Of a stretch of DNA of 56,293 nt, positions 47,718 to 56,067 are shown piece after piece. The notes beneath the pieces were generated by a model that was not told where the DNA came from, made no database searches, and was given only the letters and a program-made list of their open reading frames with translations. This DNA is from Nitrososphaerota archaeon (GTDB lineage: Archaea > Thermoproteota > Nitrososphaeria > Nitrososphaerales > Nitrosopumilaceae), in assembly GCA_005877305.1 (NCBI GenBank), contig VBPW01000012.1:1-56293 (forward strand). The letters are read 5' to 3'. Both the position numbers and the translations under genes were made by a program. How positions within the stretch are numbered: position 1 is the first letter of the stretch; the number at the start of each line of letters is the position of its first letter.

Positions 47718-48441
47718 GTATTTTTAAATAACACACCAGCAAAGTGCGATTATAGAGGCATTTCAAAGCAGCACATCCAACAAAACATGATGGATTCAGG
47801 CCGAAATGGTATTGAGAAAATTATCCATCTTCATTATAGTGGTTCTTATAGGACTCGAACCTTTGGGTTCAGATTTGTAAGAATTTGATACTAAATTAAA
47901 ATAAAAAAGAAAAAATTTTGGGATCTACTGAGTTCCAGTTGGTGTATAGACATACAAGAAGAGTTTGAAAGTTTTCAGTACAAATTAACTTATGTTCATT
48001 TTCCAATATTGGCAAGTATTTACCTAGAGTGGTGGGGATTAGCCGTTGCAAATGTTGGACTTTACAGCTTTTTCCTCATTGGTGTCCATTTTCTAAATTC
48101 CTTGTAACCTAGGTCACTTGCAAGTGGACTGCAAGCAGTGGTGATATGTGGGATGATGTTGGAATTGAGATAAAAGCATCAAAGTGATCTACCCTCGCTA
48201 GTTACATTTTATAAAATAAGTCTGATCACAATTTGAAATTTTTACAAAAATGGGCCCAAAATAAGACCATGATGGTGACTGGGTCCCATCGGGCCCGCCT
48301 ACTATAATTTATGAATACACAGGGTCCAAAATTGTCACGATATGGTGGTATATTCCCCCTAGACCTCAGCCTAAGTTACAGGCTATTTGAAGAGGGTACT
48401 AACTAATTGAACCATACACCTCAAGGGAATTGAATTTTTGA

Positions 48442-49092
48442 TTTGTAAGATTCGGGCAGTCTACTGGATACAATCAATATGACAGAGCAGTTATCATAAA
48501 CGAAGATTCCGGCAATGAATTGTTTCACAAATCAGGCCAGTTTGATAGATTGGTGGTTGCAGCGCAATCGTCAGATTACGTAGACACTGTACAACAGGAA
48601 ATTTCTGGTCTCTTTGGGAGTACAATTGGAGTTACCACTCCAAAAGCAATCATGGCAGTAAGGGCAACAACCCTAACCGGAAATAGTTCATTCATTCTAA
48701 GTATTGGAGTAATAGCATTGATTGTAGGTGCCGTCGGGATTGTTACTACACTTTACACTTCGGTAACAGAACGTATCAAGGAGATTGGTACTATGAAGGC
48801 CATAGGCGCACAAAATAACGATATTCTTGCATTGTTTTTAGTTGAAGCAGTGTTAATTGGAATTTTGGGTGCAACAGTTGGTTCTCTTGCTGGAATAGGA
48901 GCAGGTTATGGATTAAGTTCAATCTCTTTTACACCCGGTGTGAGATCATCATCATCTATTATTCCAGTATTTCTCCCAGTTGACATGATCAAAGTTTGGT
49001 TACTCTCAGTAGCTCTAAGCATAGGGGCTGGATTGTATCCAGCATGGAAGGCATCTAAATTGTCTCCAATGGTAGCACTAAGAAGAGAATAA
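48442..49092 (+). pseudogene. FtsX/MacB-type ABC transporter permease, C-terminal remnant
   Basis: The open frame (no proper start) encodes the end of a periplasmic domain (..RAVIINEDSGNELF..) and the FtsX three-TM domain (RIKEIGTMKAIGAQNNDILALFLVEAVLIG...LYPAWKASKLSPMVALRRE). The expected roughly 200 N-terminal residues and the partner ATPase gene are absent. Confidence 0.7.
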
Positions 49093-49223
49093 TTTTCTAT
49101 ACTGAACCTGCAAGAACCAAAAACTGAATTTTATGCATAATGATCGCACACATAAATTCAATTTGGAACAGGTTATATCTTACGATGTACATTATAAGAT
49201 GATGTTCACATTAGGAGATCAAT

Positions 49224-49787
49224 ATGAAAAAGAATGCTAATGAATCAAACGATATATGGTCAACCTCTGATAAATTTCACCAGTCCTGGATCAATATGAA
49301 AAAGAATGCTAATGAATCAAACGATATCTATGATACATACAAAGAAAATGTTGAGCGATATTTCAGCGAGGTAAAAAAAACAACAGCTGGCTATCTGCAG
49401 TCAGTAACAGACCTTCAACAGGAAATAATACGATCATGGAAGAACACTATAGATTCAGCAATTATTCTGCAGGAAAAATTCACTGAAAAATCAGGATTGA
49501 ATCCAAGTCTTTCTGAAGCAACAGTACAAATGGTAGCCGACTTGTCTAAAAAGGTAAACAGGGCACAACAATTACAAAACGAAATGTTGTTATCCTCACT
49601 TGATGCTATGAAGAACTACATTAAAACATTCAACGAAAACGTAAATACCTTTACTGAACTTAGGGGCAAAGTAATGGAGTCTTTTATTCCATTTATTCCA
49701 CAAGTTGATCCGGAGACGGTAAAAAAAGCAATCTCAAAATTTAAGAAAACAACTGAAAAAATTGAGATTGCAAAGGTAAAATCATAA
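49224..49787 (+). CDS. Hypothetical coiled-coil protein (187 aa) with duplicated start region
   Basis: MKKNANESNDI occurs twice, 24 codons apart. The rest is helical and resembles a phasin-like coiled coil. No firm family assignment. Confidence 0.55.
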   Translation: MKKNANESNDIWSTSDKFHQSWINMKKNANESNDIYDTYKENVERYFSEVKKTTAGYLQSVTDLQQEIIRSWKNTIDSAIILQEKFTEKSGLNPSLSEATVQMVADLSKKVNRAQQLQNEMLLSSLDAMKNYIKTFNENVNTFTELRGKVMESFIPFIPQVDPETVKKAISKFKKTTEKIEIAKVKS

Positions 49788-50112
49788 TCTGGAATTATTG
49801 TGTCAGCCTTCAAGTGCAAACTGTATCAAAGAGAAGACCAAGATGTGAGTCCTATCCACATGTATTCTTGTGGTACACACACAGGCGTATCTAAAATCCT
49901 CCTAATAATATCTCGTGGTAGTATTGAACTACGAAAAAGTATCGGTAGAAGAAACGTGGAAGGAAATCGAAGATTTTGGAATAAGTCATGCCATGTTAGA
50001 AAGAAAGCATGTGACAGCTGAGCAAGTAAAGAATCTATATCTGTTGATAATGGGCAAAAAACAGTAGTCATCAACCAAAAATTTAAGATCAGACAAAGGT
50101 TATGATTTATGA

Positions 50113-50484
50113 ATGAATAAAATTAAGAAAATTGTTATTGATATAGATGATCTGACAAAGTCACAAATCGTTAGAATGATTCTTGAAAAACAAACTGAAA
50201 AAGCATTAGAAAAACTAAGCGAGTTTTATCATGTTACTCCTCCCCAAATAGTTGTTGGAACCATAAAAGGAAAAAGAAGAACTGTATATGCTCTTTATGT
50301 TCAAAAAGAAAGAAAAATTTATGCTCTAAATTCTGAGATATTCTTCAATCCTTTTGTGGTTTTGCACGAGTATTACCATCACATACGAACAAAGCTTGGG
50401 GTGCACCGCGGTTCAGAAAGAAATGCAAATAAGTTTGCTCAAGAATTTGTGGATGCTTACAAGAAAATTGTAGGAAATGGCTGA
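50113..50484 (+). CDS. Small putative zinc metallopeptidase-like protein (HExxH)
   Basis: 123 aa with VVLHEYYHHIR (an HExxH motif) followed by ...ERNANKFAQEF. Resembles minimal SprT/DUF45-like domains. Tentative. Confidence 0.5.
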   Translation: MNKIKKIVIDIDDLTKSQIVRMILEKQTEKALEKLSEFYHVTPPQIVVGTIKGKRRTVYALYVQKERKIYALNSEIFFNPFVVLHEYYHHIRTKLGVHRGSERNANKFAQEFVDAYKKIVGNG

Positions 50485-50567
50485 TAGAACCTAATTAATC
50501 TCTGACTTTTATGCACCAAATGATCCCCTTTACATACTGTTATAAATGACAGCCCCCACTAGGAACG

Positions 50568-50978
50568 ATGTTAGAAGTTACTAAAAAAAATGAAGACGGT
50601 CTTTTTTACAACAAATCAATATTAGAAGACGGAGTCGAGTTTATTGGATTAATTAACAAACAGGGGAAGATGGAAAATACCATCTTCAAAAATGAAATCA
50701 ATCTGACAGAAGAAAGAAAAGAGATGTTTTCGATGGAGCTTATGTTGCAAAGCTCCATGCAAAGCGATTTTGATTCCGAGTTTGGGCCTGTTAGTTATAC
50801 CATAACAGAGAGAGAAAAATCAAAGTTTGTTTCAATACTAACTTTTCCATATCTCATATTAGCTATAATGAAAAAAAATAAAGACCATATTGCAGTGATT
50901 AACAAAATTAAGACAGCAATAAGAAATTTTGATATTGTTAACAAAAAATCATCTGTAAAGGAAAGTGACTGCGTTTGA
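50568..50978 (+). CDS. Hypothetical protein (136 aa), possibly roadblock/LC7-like fold
   Basis: Clean ATG ORF. Weak pattern similarity to the 52466..52867 product. Confidence 0.5.
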   Translation: MLEVTKKNEDGLFYNKSILEDGVEFIGLINKQGKMENTIFKNEINLTEERKEMFSMELMLQSSMQSDFDSEFGPVSYTITEREKSKFVSILTFPYLILAIMKKNKDHIAVINKIKTAIRNFDIVNKKSSVKESDCV

Positions 50979-51160
50979 ACATGTATGATATGAAATCAAT
51001 TCATTGCTCTATCTGTGACAAGTTCATAGGGGAAGTTGATTTTGATGCCGTAGTTGTACTTCCAAAATGTGGACATTGTGCTAACCCCTTACCAGAAGGC
51101 GAAGATAAAGTACTATACATAGTAAATAAATTCAACAAAAATTCAAAAAATCTTTCTTAG
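50975..51160 (+). CDS. Small zinc-ribbon protein (about 60 aa)
   Basis: CSICDKF...x18...CGHCANP gives two CxxC pairs. Overlaps the upstream stop. The likely ATG is at 50981. Confidence 0.45.
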   Translation: MNMYDMKSIHCSICDKFIGEVDFDAVVVLPKCGHCANPLPEGEDKVLYIVNKFNKNSKNLS

Positions 51161-51202
51161 ACATCTTTCACACAATCAATTAAAAGAAACACTTCCATTT
51201 TG

Positions 51203-52495
51203 ATGTCATTGGCAAAATGCGATGTAGCTATAATTGGAGGGGGATTGCTTGGAACCTGCATCTCATATTGGCTTTCCAGCCTTTATGATATTGAAGTCAG
51301 TGTGATTGAAAAAGAACAAGAGGTTGCAATGCATACAAGCAGCCGCAATACTGGTGTTGTGCATTCTCCTTTCTATCTAAATCCTGACAAAAAGGGTAAG
51401 CTTGCAAAGGCAGCCTTTGTGTCCCATGATCTATGGAAAAGATTTGCAGAAAAAAAAGGCCTTGCTTGGAAGATAGTTGGAACCTTAGAGGTTGCGTTAG
51501 ATGACACCCAACACAAGATACTAGAAAAATATCTAAAGTGGGGTGTTCAAAATGGAATATTTGAAAAAGATCTAGAACTTCTTGACGGAAATGAAGTAAC
51601 AAAAAAAGAGCCAAACGTATCTTGTCACTCTGCAGTATTTTGTAAGACTGATGTTGCTGTAGATTACGGGGAACTAACGCAAGAACTAAAAAACGAATCA
51701 GTAAAAAATGGAACTAAATTTTTGCTAAACCATAAAGTAGAATCAATTGAAAACAAAAAAGAACCTGTCATAAATTTTGAAAATAAGACGCAACTGACAT
51801 CTAATTTAGTAATAAACTGTGCAGGAGGATACTCACTTGATATTGCAAAAAAGTTTAGCATTGCTACAGAATACTCTAGTCTTCATTTCAGAGGAGAATA
51901 TTGGATTGCACAAAAAGAATACACTGATTTAGTTAAAATAAATATCTACTCTGTTCCATACTATCCAGACTTTCCGTTTTTAGACCCACATTGGATTTTA
52001 AGGTCTGATGGAAGAAGCGAAGTTGGTCCAAATGCAGTACCTGTACCAAGCCCTGAAACATATTCTGGATATGTTGGAAATGTAGATACATTTATCTCAA
52101 AATTAGCTGATGTGGTTACTGGCAACGCAAAAAAGCTTCTCATGAATGCTGATTTTATGAATCTGGTTGCAAAAGAATGGCTAAGCTCCGTCTCCAAAGT
52201 TGTCATGATTGAAAGAGTACAAAAATTCATCCCAAAAATAAAACCTGAATATTTCTCCGAGCGTGGCACTGCAGGAATTAGAACCCCAATCATAACACCA
52301 GAAGGGAAATTTTTGCCAGATGTTATAGAACTTGAAGGTCCAAACTCGTTCCATATTTTAAACTATAATTCTCCTGGGGCAACTGGTGCTCCAGCGTACT
52401 CTGCCTATGTTGTAAAGACGTTACAAGAAAAAGGGCTATTAGATTATCCTAAAAATCTCAAAGAATCAATTTGGAATTTCGAGAAAGTCACTTAA
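51203..52495 (+). CDS. FAD-dependent oxidoreductase, L-2-hydroxyglutarate oxidase (LhgO)/DAO-like
   Basis: Contains the dinucleotide motif CDVAIIGGGLLGTCISYWL and SSRNTGVVHSPFY. About 430 aa. Confidence 0.75.
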   Translation: MSLAKCDVAIIGGGLLGTCISYWLSSLYDIEVSVIEKEQEVAMHTSSRNTGVVHSPFYLNPDKKGKLAKAAFVSHDLWKRFAEKKGLAWKIVGTLEVALDDTQHKILEKYLKWGVQNGIFEKDLELLDGNEVTKKEPNVSCHSAVFCKTDVAVDYGELTQELKNESVKNGTKFLLNHKVESIENKKEPVINFENKTQLTSNLVINCAGGYSLDIAKKFSIATEYSSLHFRGEYWIAQKEYTDLVKINIYSVPYYPDFPFLDPHWILRSDGRSEVGPNAVPVPSPETYSGYVGNVDTFISKLADVVTGNAKKLLMNADFMNLVAKEWLSSVSKVVMIERVQKFIPKIKPEYFSERGTAGIRTPIITPEGKFLPDVIELEGPNSFHILNYNSPGATGAPAYSAYVVKTLQEKGLLDYPKNLKESIWNFEKVT

Positions 52496-52867
52496 CCTGA
52501 TATCTTTACTAATTCCTAAAATGGCTTCTATTTTTCTTCTAATTTCCAAGACTTTCAGAATGTCAGCATCTCCTTCACAAGTACAATAAATTATAAAATC
52601 TTCATAATACCAGACTAGCTGATTCGCCTTTGTTCTGGATACATGGGAAAAGATAACCTTGCCCAAGTTTTTGTCAAATTTTTTCTCTATCTGTTTTGTG
52701 TTGTACAGGTCTAAAGATAATAACTCCTCTTTTCTTTGGACCTTGACACTGAACTTTGTCTGTTTCATCCTGTTTATGATTAATTCCCCTTCATCTCCAA
52801 TGATTTCCACATAACGCATTGAATCATCTACCGAAAGTATTTCGTACGCTAATTTGGTAGCATCCAC
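52466..52867 (-). CDS. Hypothetical protein (133 aa), possibly roadblock/LC7-like fold
   Basis: Clean ATG ORF. Its 3' end overlaps the oxidoreductase 3' end by 30 nt. Confidence 0.5.
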   Translation of the reverse strand: MDATKLAYEILSVDDSMRYVEIIGDEGELIINRMKQTKFSVKVQRKEELLSLDLYNTKQIEKKFDKNLGKVIFSHVSRTKANQLVWYYEDFIIYCTCEGDADILKVLEIRRKIEAILGISKDIRLSDFLEIPN

Positions 52868-52979
52868 AGTTGGGAAATCCTAAAATTTGGACTTTATATT
52901 TTGCATGTAACTTTTGGAACAAACACGGTATTCTTTTGGTTTTATTCAAAATTTGCCCTTATAGGTACAAAAATAATGG

Positions 52980-53138
52980 TTACCAAGTCGTTTTGACTTT
53001 ATATTTTCTGTCCATCCAGGATATAACACATTGGTGGCAAATTCCCTTAAATGCGTTGTATCTTGCTTCCCAAATCATCTCGGTCTTGGACTTACAAAGG
53101 GGGCAAACAGTTTTTTTATGTGTCTGTAGCTGTTGCAT
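52980..53138 (-). CDS. Candidate small zinc-ribbon protein (52 aa)
   Basis: Hand-translated: MQQLQTHKKTVCPLCKSKTEMIWEARYNAFKGICHQCVISWMDRKYKVKTTW, with CPLC...CHQC. Below the track cutoff and unverified. Confidence 0.3.
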   Translation of the reverse strand: MQQLQTHKKTVCPLCKSKTEMIWEARYNAFKGICHQCVISWMDRKYKVKTTW

Positions 53139-53553
53139 TCTTTGTTCCTTGGTATGACGTTTCTATTAGGAATAGTATGTACTAAGAACATACAAACTCT
53201 AACTCAGATTTTATGGTCTGAAATTAGAACCAAACTCAACACACTAAAAGACGAAACATTAACATCATCAGGCACAAAAGCAAAAGAGTCTACCTATAGA
53301 GTAACAAGAGAACGCCGTCTGTTAGAAAAAATGCGGACAAGATCTTATCTTTTCCATCCTCTAATCAGATGTAGAAACTGTTAGGGAATCATCTCAAGAG
53401 TTCACCCCAGACCACTCCCAATCCCTACAATTTCGTTTTTTCCTAGATATGTCATAATTTGAAGAACAATAACGTCTGTAATGATAGGAGACAAGCTAGG
53501 GTTCATCACAAGCGGATTGTACAATATTCTATGGAAAATAAAACCCAGACTCG

Positions 53554-53703
53554 GTGATAATTGAAGTGGAATCGATTTCAAAGCAAAGTTTAAAAAAACA
53601 ACCCCTCTGGATTTGCTATATATGCAACTTGACCTTCAAAGACGAAGTTTTCGCTAATTTACACAAAAATATTTCAAACCATCAGGCACGACTATTAGAT
53701 TAA
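53554..53703 (+). CDS. Candidate small C2H2-type zinc-finger protein (49 aa, GTG start)
   Basis: Hand-translated: ..KKQPLWICYICNLTFKDEVFANLHKNISNHQARLLD, giving CxxC-x12-H-x5-H spacing. Unverified. Confidence 0.3.
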   Translation: MIIEVESISKQSLKKQPLWICYICNLTFKDEVFANLHKNISNHQARLLD

Positions 53704-53777
53704 CACACATTTTATAGTTAAATGAAATAGGCATAAAGTTCATTGATAATTTTTGAACCTACAGATTTACTAATTAC

Positions 53778-53933
53778 CTACAAGCTTTGTACAGGTTTTG
53801 GATCCAATACTACCATCTTTCTTCCAATAGAGTAATCACTACCACATTTTGGACAGTTAAAATTATTCCATCCTATTTGATCAAGAATGACCTCTTCATC
53901 TGAATGATTTGCACAAGTTAATCTTTGTTCCAT
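53778..53933 (-). CDS. Candidate small zinc-binding protein (51 aa)
   Basis: Hand-translated: MEQRLTCANHSDEEVILDQIGWNNFNCPKCGSDYSIGRKMVVLDPKPVQSL, with C..H...CPKC. Unverified. Confidence 0.3.
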   Translation of the reverse strand: MEQRLTCANHSDEEVILDQIGWNNFNCPKCGSDYSIGRKMVVLDPKPVQSL

Positions 53934-54205
53934 GAAAAAACTCGGATTTCTTTTCTAATAAATTGTTGTACTAGAATTTAATTGACAATTGTAAGAGTAT
54001 AGAGAGCAGCTAACATAGACAAGGAGTACAAATGATATCGAAGTTATCTCAGGCTCACTTGAAGATGCAAAGATTTATGATTCTCTTCTGAGCGATTCGC
54101 AAATCTCAGAATTATACCATCAGAACATTCATTCAAACAATCAAACAATAACGATTCCTTCATAATTTTTGAACCGATTTCTCAATTCAGACCAAACTTA
54201 ATATT

Positions 54206-54487
54206 TTGTTGTACTCTAGTAGGCATGTGCTACCTGAACACTGCTCAATTAGAGACAAAGGCGTAGACTGTCCAATGCCTCCTGAATTTATCATATCTAT
54301 CAAGGTTCAAGACGATGAATACATGGTTGGGATAACATGTGATGGACACAAAAAAACATTCATGGAAAAACTAGAGATATTGCAAAAAGAAGGCAAGGTT
54401 CCAAACGGAACGATTCACTTTACTGGTTTGAAGGCAGTTGGCACAGACTGTATTAGAATGGATCCAAACGACCTGATTCAACTTTAA
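54206..54487 (+). CDS. Hypothetical protein (93 aa)
   Basis: ORF with a TTG start and no motif. The coding status is uncertain. Confidence 0.35.
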   Translation: MLYSSRHVLPEHCSIRDKGVDCPMPPEFIISIKVQDDEYMVGITCDGHKKTFMEKLEILQKEGKVPNGTIHFTGLKAVGTDCIRMDPNDLIQL

Positions 54488-54780
54488 AACTAGAAATAAA
54501 ATTAAGAGTTGTTTATCATCAATAAAAAAGAAAGAACCATAGAAAAATCTACATGCAGAATCCCATCTAGTTTCTGTATAAGATTGGATTAGTTACCGTT
54601 TCTTTTTCTCGTTCTTGCACCTTTCTTGCCTGCTGCTACATAAGATGCATGTGATCTCTTTTTCATACTAGAACTGGAATGTATAGAGTCATTAAATGAA
54701 GCTAGTCACCAATAGTTACATTGTTAATTGGAATTTTTTAAGCTGATAATAGATAGTAAAGTCAAGGGAGATTAAGAAAT

Positions 54781-56007
54781 ATGGGAACTTGTTCAATTTG
54801 CAAGAAAGATAATGTTGATACTATAAGTGGAGTCTGCGGTGACTGTATAGGTAAAAACAGAACAAAAAACAGTCAAAATAGAAGAACTGTTAAAATTGCA
54901 GTCATCATTGTGATTTGTGCCGTAGGACTTTACAATGGATTAGGATACTTGGCTAATTCTGACATATTACAAAATACGGTTTCAAACATATCTGATAAAA
55001 TCCCTGATACTAAAACAATCACAAACCAAGTAGCCAAAACTACTGGTACTATAATGAACGCAAGTTCAAGTATCTCACAATCGGTACAAAGCACAACTGA
55101 AAGTCTCAAACCAAAACCCCCTTCTACCAAGGAGGAATTATACCAATATGCATTACAAGTCATAAACAAAGACAGAAAAAGCCACGGCGTAGCTCCAGTA
55201 ATACTAAGCGATACACCCTCTGCCCAAAATCATGCAGATGACATGTTAAACGCAAAATACTTTTCACATTGGAATACAAATGGGGTAAAACCGTATGTTA
55301 CCTATACAAAACTCGGCGGAAAAGGAGACATTGCTGAAAACATTAGCTATGTAGAAGCTCATTGCCTGTCAGGAAATTGTTATTTCAATTCATTTGATCC
55401 ATTTAAACAAATCAATGGTAGTGAATACAGAATGATGTATGATGATGCCAAATCTAATTGGGGACACAGAGATAATATCATAGATCCAAATCATACTCAT
55501 GTGAATTTAGGTATCTCTTATGACAATGAGCGTTTCTACTTTGTAGAAAATTTTGAAAATAATATTGTTAATTGGGATAATATGCAAATGATTGGAAATC
55601 AGCTTCATCTAGTTGGAGAAATACCTTCTGGTTATTCGGTACAACAAATTGAGATATTTTCTGACCCAAGCCCCAAAGTTTTGAATGGACAAGACTTGGA
55701 TAGCCTGGCTCCATATAATGCTGGGCATTATGATCAAGGAGATTTTGCAGGAATAATTGTGCCTCATCTTGGTGCTGGCTATTATTATCCAGAATGTGCC
55801 AAGGGGAAAACTACAATTAGTTCTAGTACCGGTCAACAATGCATCGATTATACTACTTTTGTAAACACTAGCTCAAATGGTATTGACATTTCTGTTGATG
55901 TCTCCAAGTGGATGGGATCTGGATTACATACGATTTATGTAGATTTGAAAAAGCCAAACGGTGAACAAGTGGGTGCTACCTCGTTGACTTTGGAATATTT
56001 GAAATGA
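54781..56007 (+). CDS. Membrane-anchored CAP/SCP (PR-1-like) domain protein with N-terminal zinc ribbon
   Basis: CSIC..x12..CGDC, then a TM helix (VKIAVIIVICAVGLY), then a Ser/Thr linker, then a CAP-like domain (INKDRKSHGVAP...HADDM......SHW...NWGHRDNIIDPN.THVNLGISYD), then a C-terminal beta domain. Confidence 0.72.
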   Translation: MGTCSICKKDNVDTISGVCGDCIGKNRTKNSQNRRTVKIAVIIVICAVGLYNGLGYLANSDILQNTVSNISDKIPDTKTITNQVAKTTGTIMNASSSISQSVQSTTESLKPKPPSTKEELYQYALQVINKDRKSHGVAPVILSDTPSAQNHADDMLNAKYFSHWNTNGVKPYVTYTKLGGKGDIAENISYVEAHCLSGNCYFNSFDPFKQINGSEYRMMYDDAKSNWGHRDNIIDPNHTHVNLGISYDNERFYFVENFENNIVNWDNMQMIGNQLHLVGEIPSGYSVQQIEIFSDPSPKVLNGQDLDSLAPYNAGHYDQGDFAGIIVPHLGAGYYYPECAKGKTTISSSTGQQCIDYTTFVNTSSNGIDISVDVSKWMGSGLHTIYVDLKKPNGEQVGATSLTLEYLK

Positions 56008-56067
56008 TAATGATAAAATGGAAAAAAACGGAAAATTTTTGCAAGAAAATTTTTTTCAGCTAGTTAA

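Noticed and set aside
47846-47872. ggactcgaacc motif suggesting the T-arm of a minus-strand tRNA or a tRNA-derived att fragment.
   Set aside because: Only a 4-of-5 bp T-stem can be drawn. No acceptor or anticodon stems pair, and there is no match to the 3' half of the nearby tRNA-Ser.
48153-48225. C/D-box sRNA-like signals: AUGAUGU at 48153-48159 and CUGA at 48222-48225 with partially complementary flanks.
   Set aside because: The box spacing of about 73 nt is too long. No acceptable D' or C' boxes sit at the expected 12-nt guide spacing, and the terminal stem needs a bulge. This should be left to a covariance-model scan.
52870-53384. Plus-strand ORFs 52870..53157 (95 aa) and 53133..53384 (83 aa).
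   Set aside because: They use TTG starts and have hydrophobic or low-complexity composition without motifs. The first overlaps a more convincing opposite-strand CxxC...CxxC ORF. Coding status is doubtful for both.
54589-54666. 25-codon minus-strand ORF encoding a very basic peptide (MKKRSHASYVAAGKKGARTRKRNGN).
   Set aside because: It is too short to support from sequence alone and does not match any small ribosomal protein I can recall.
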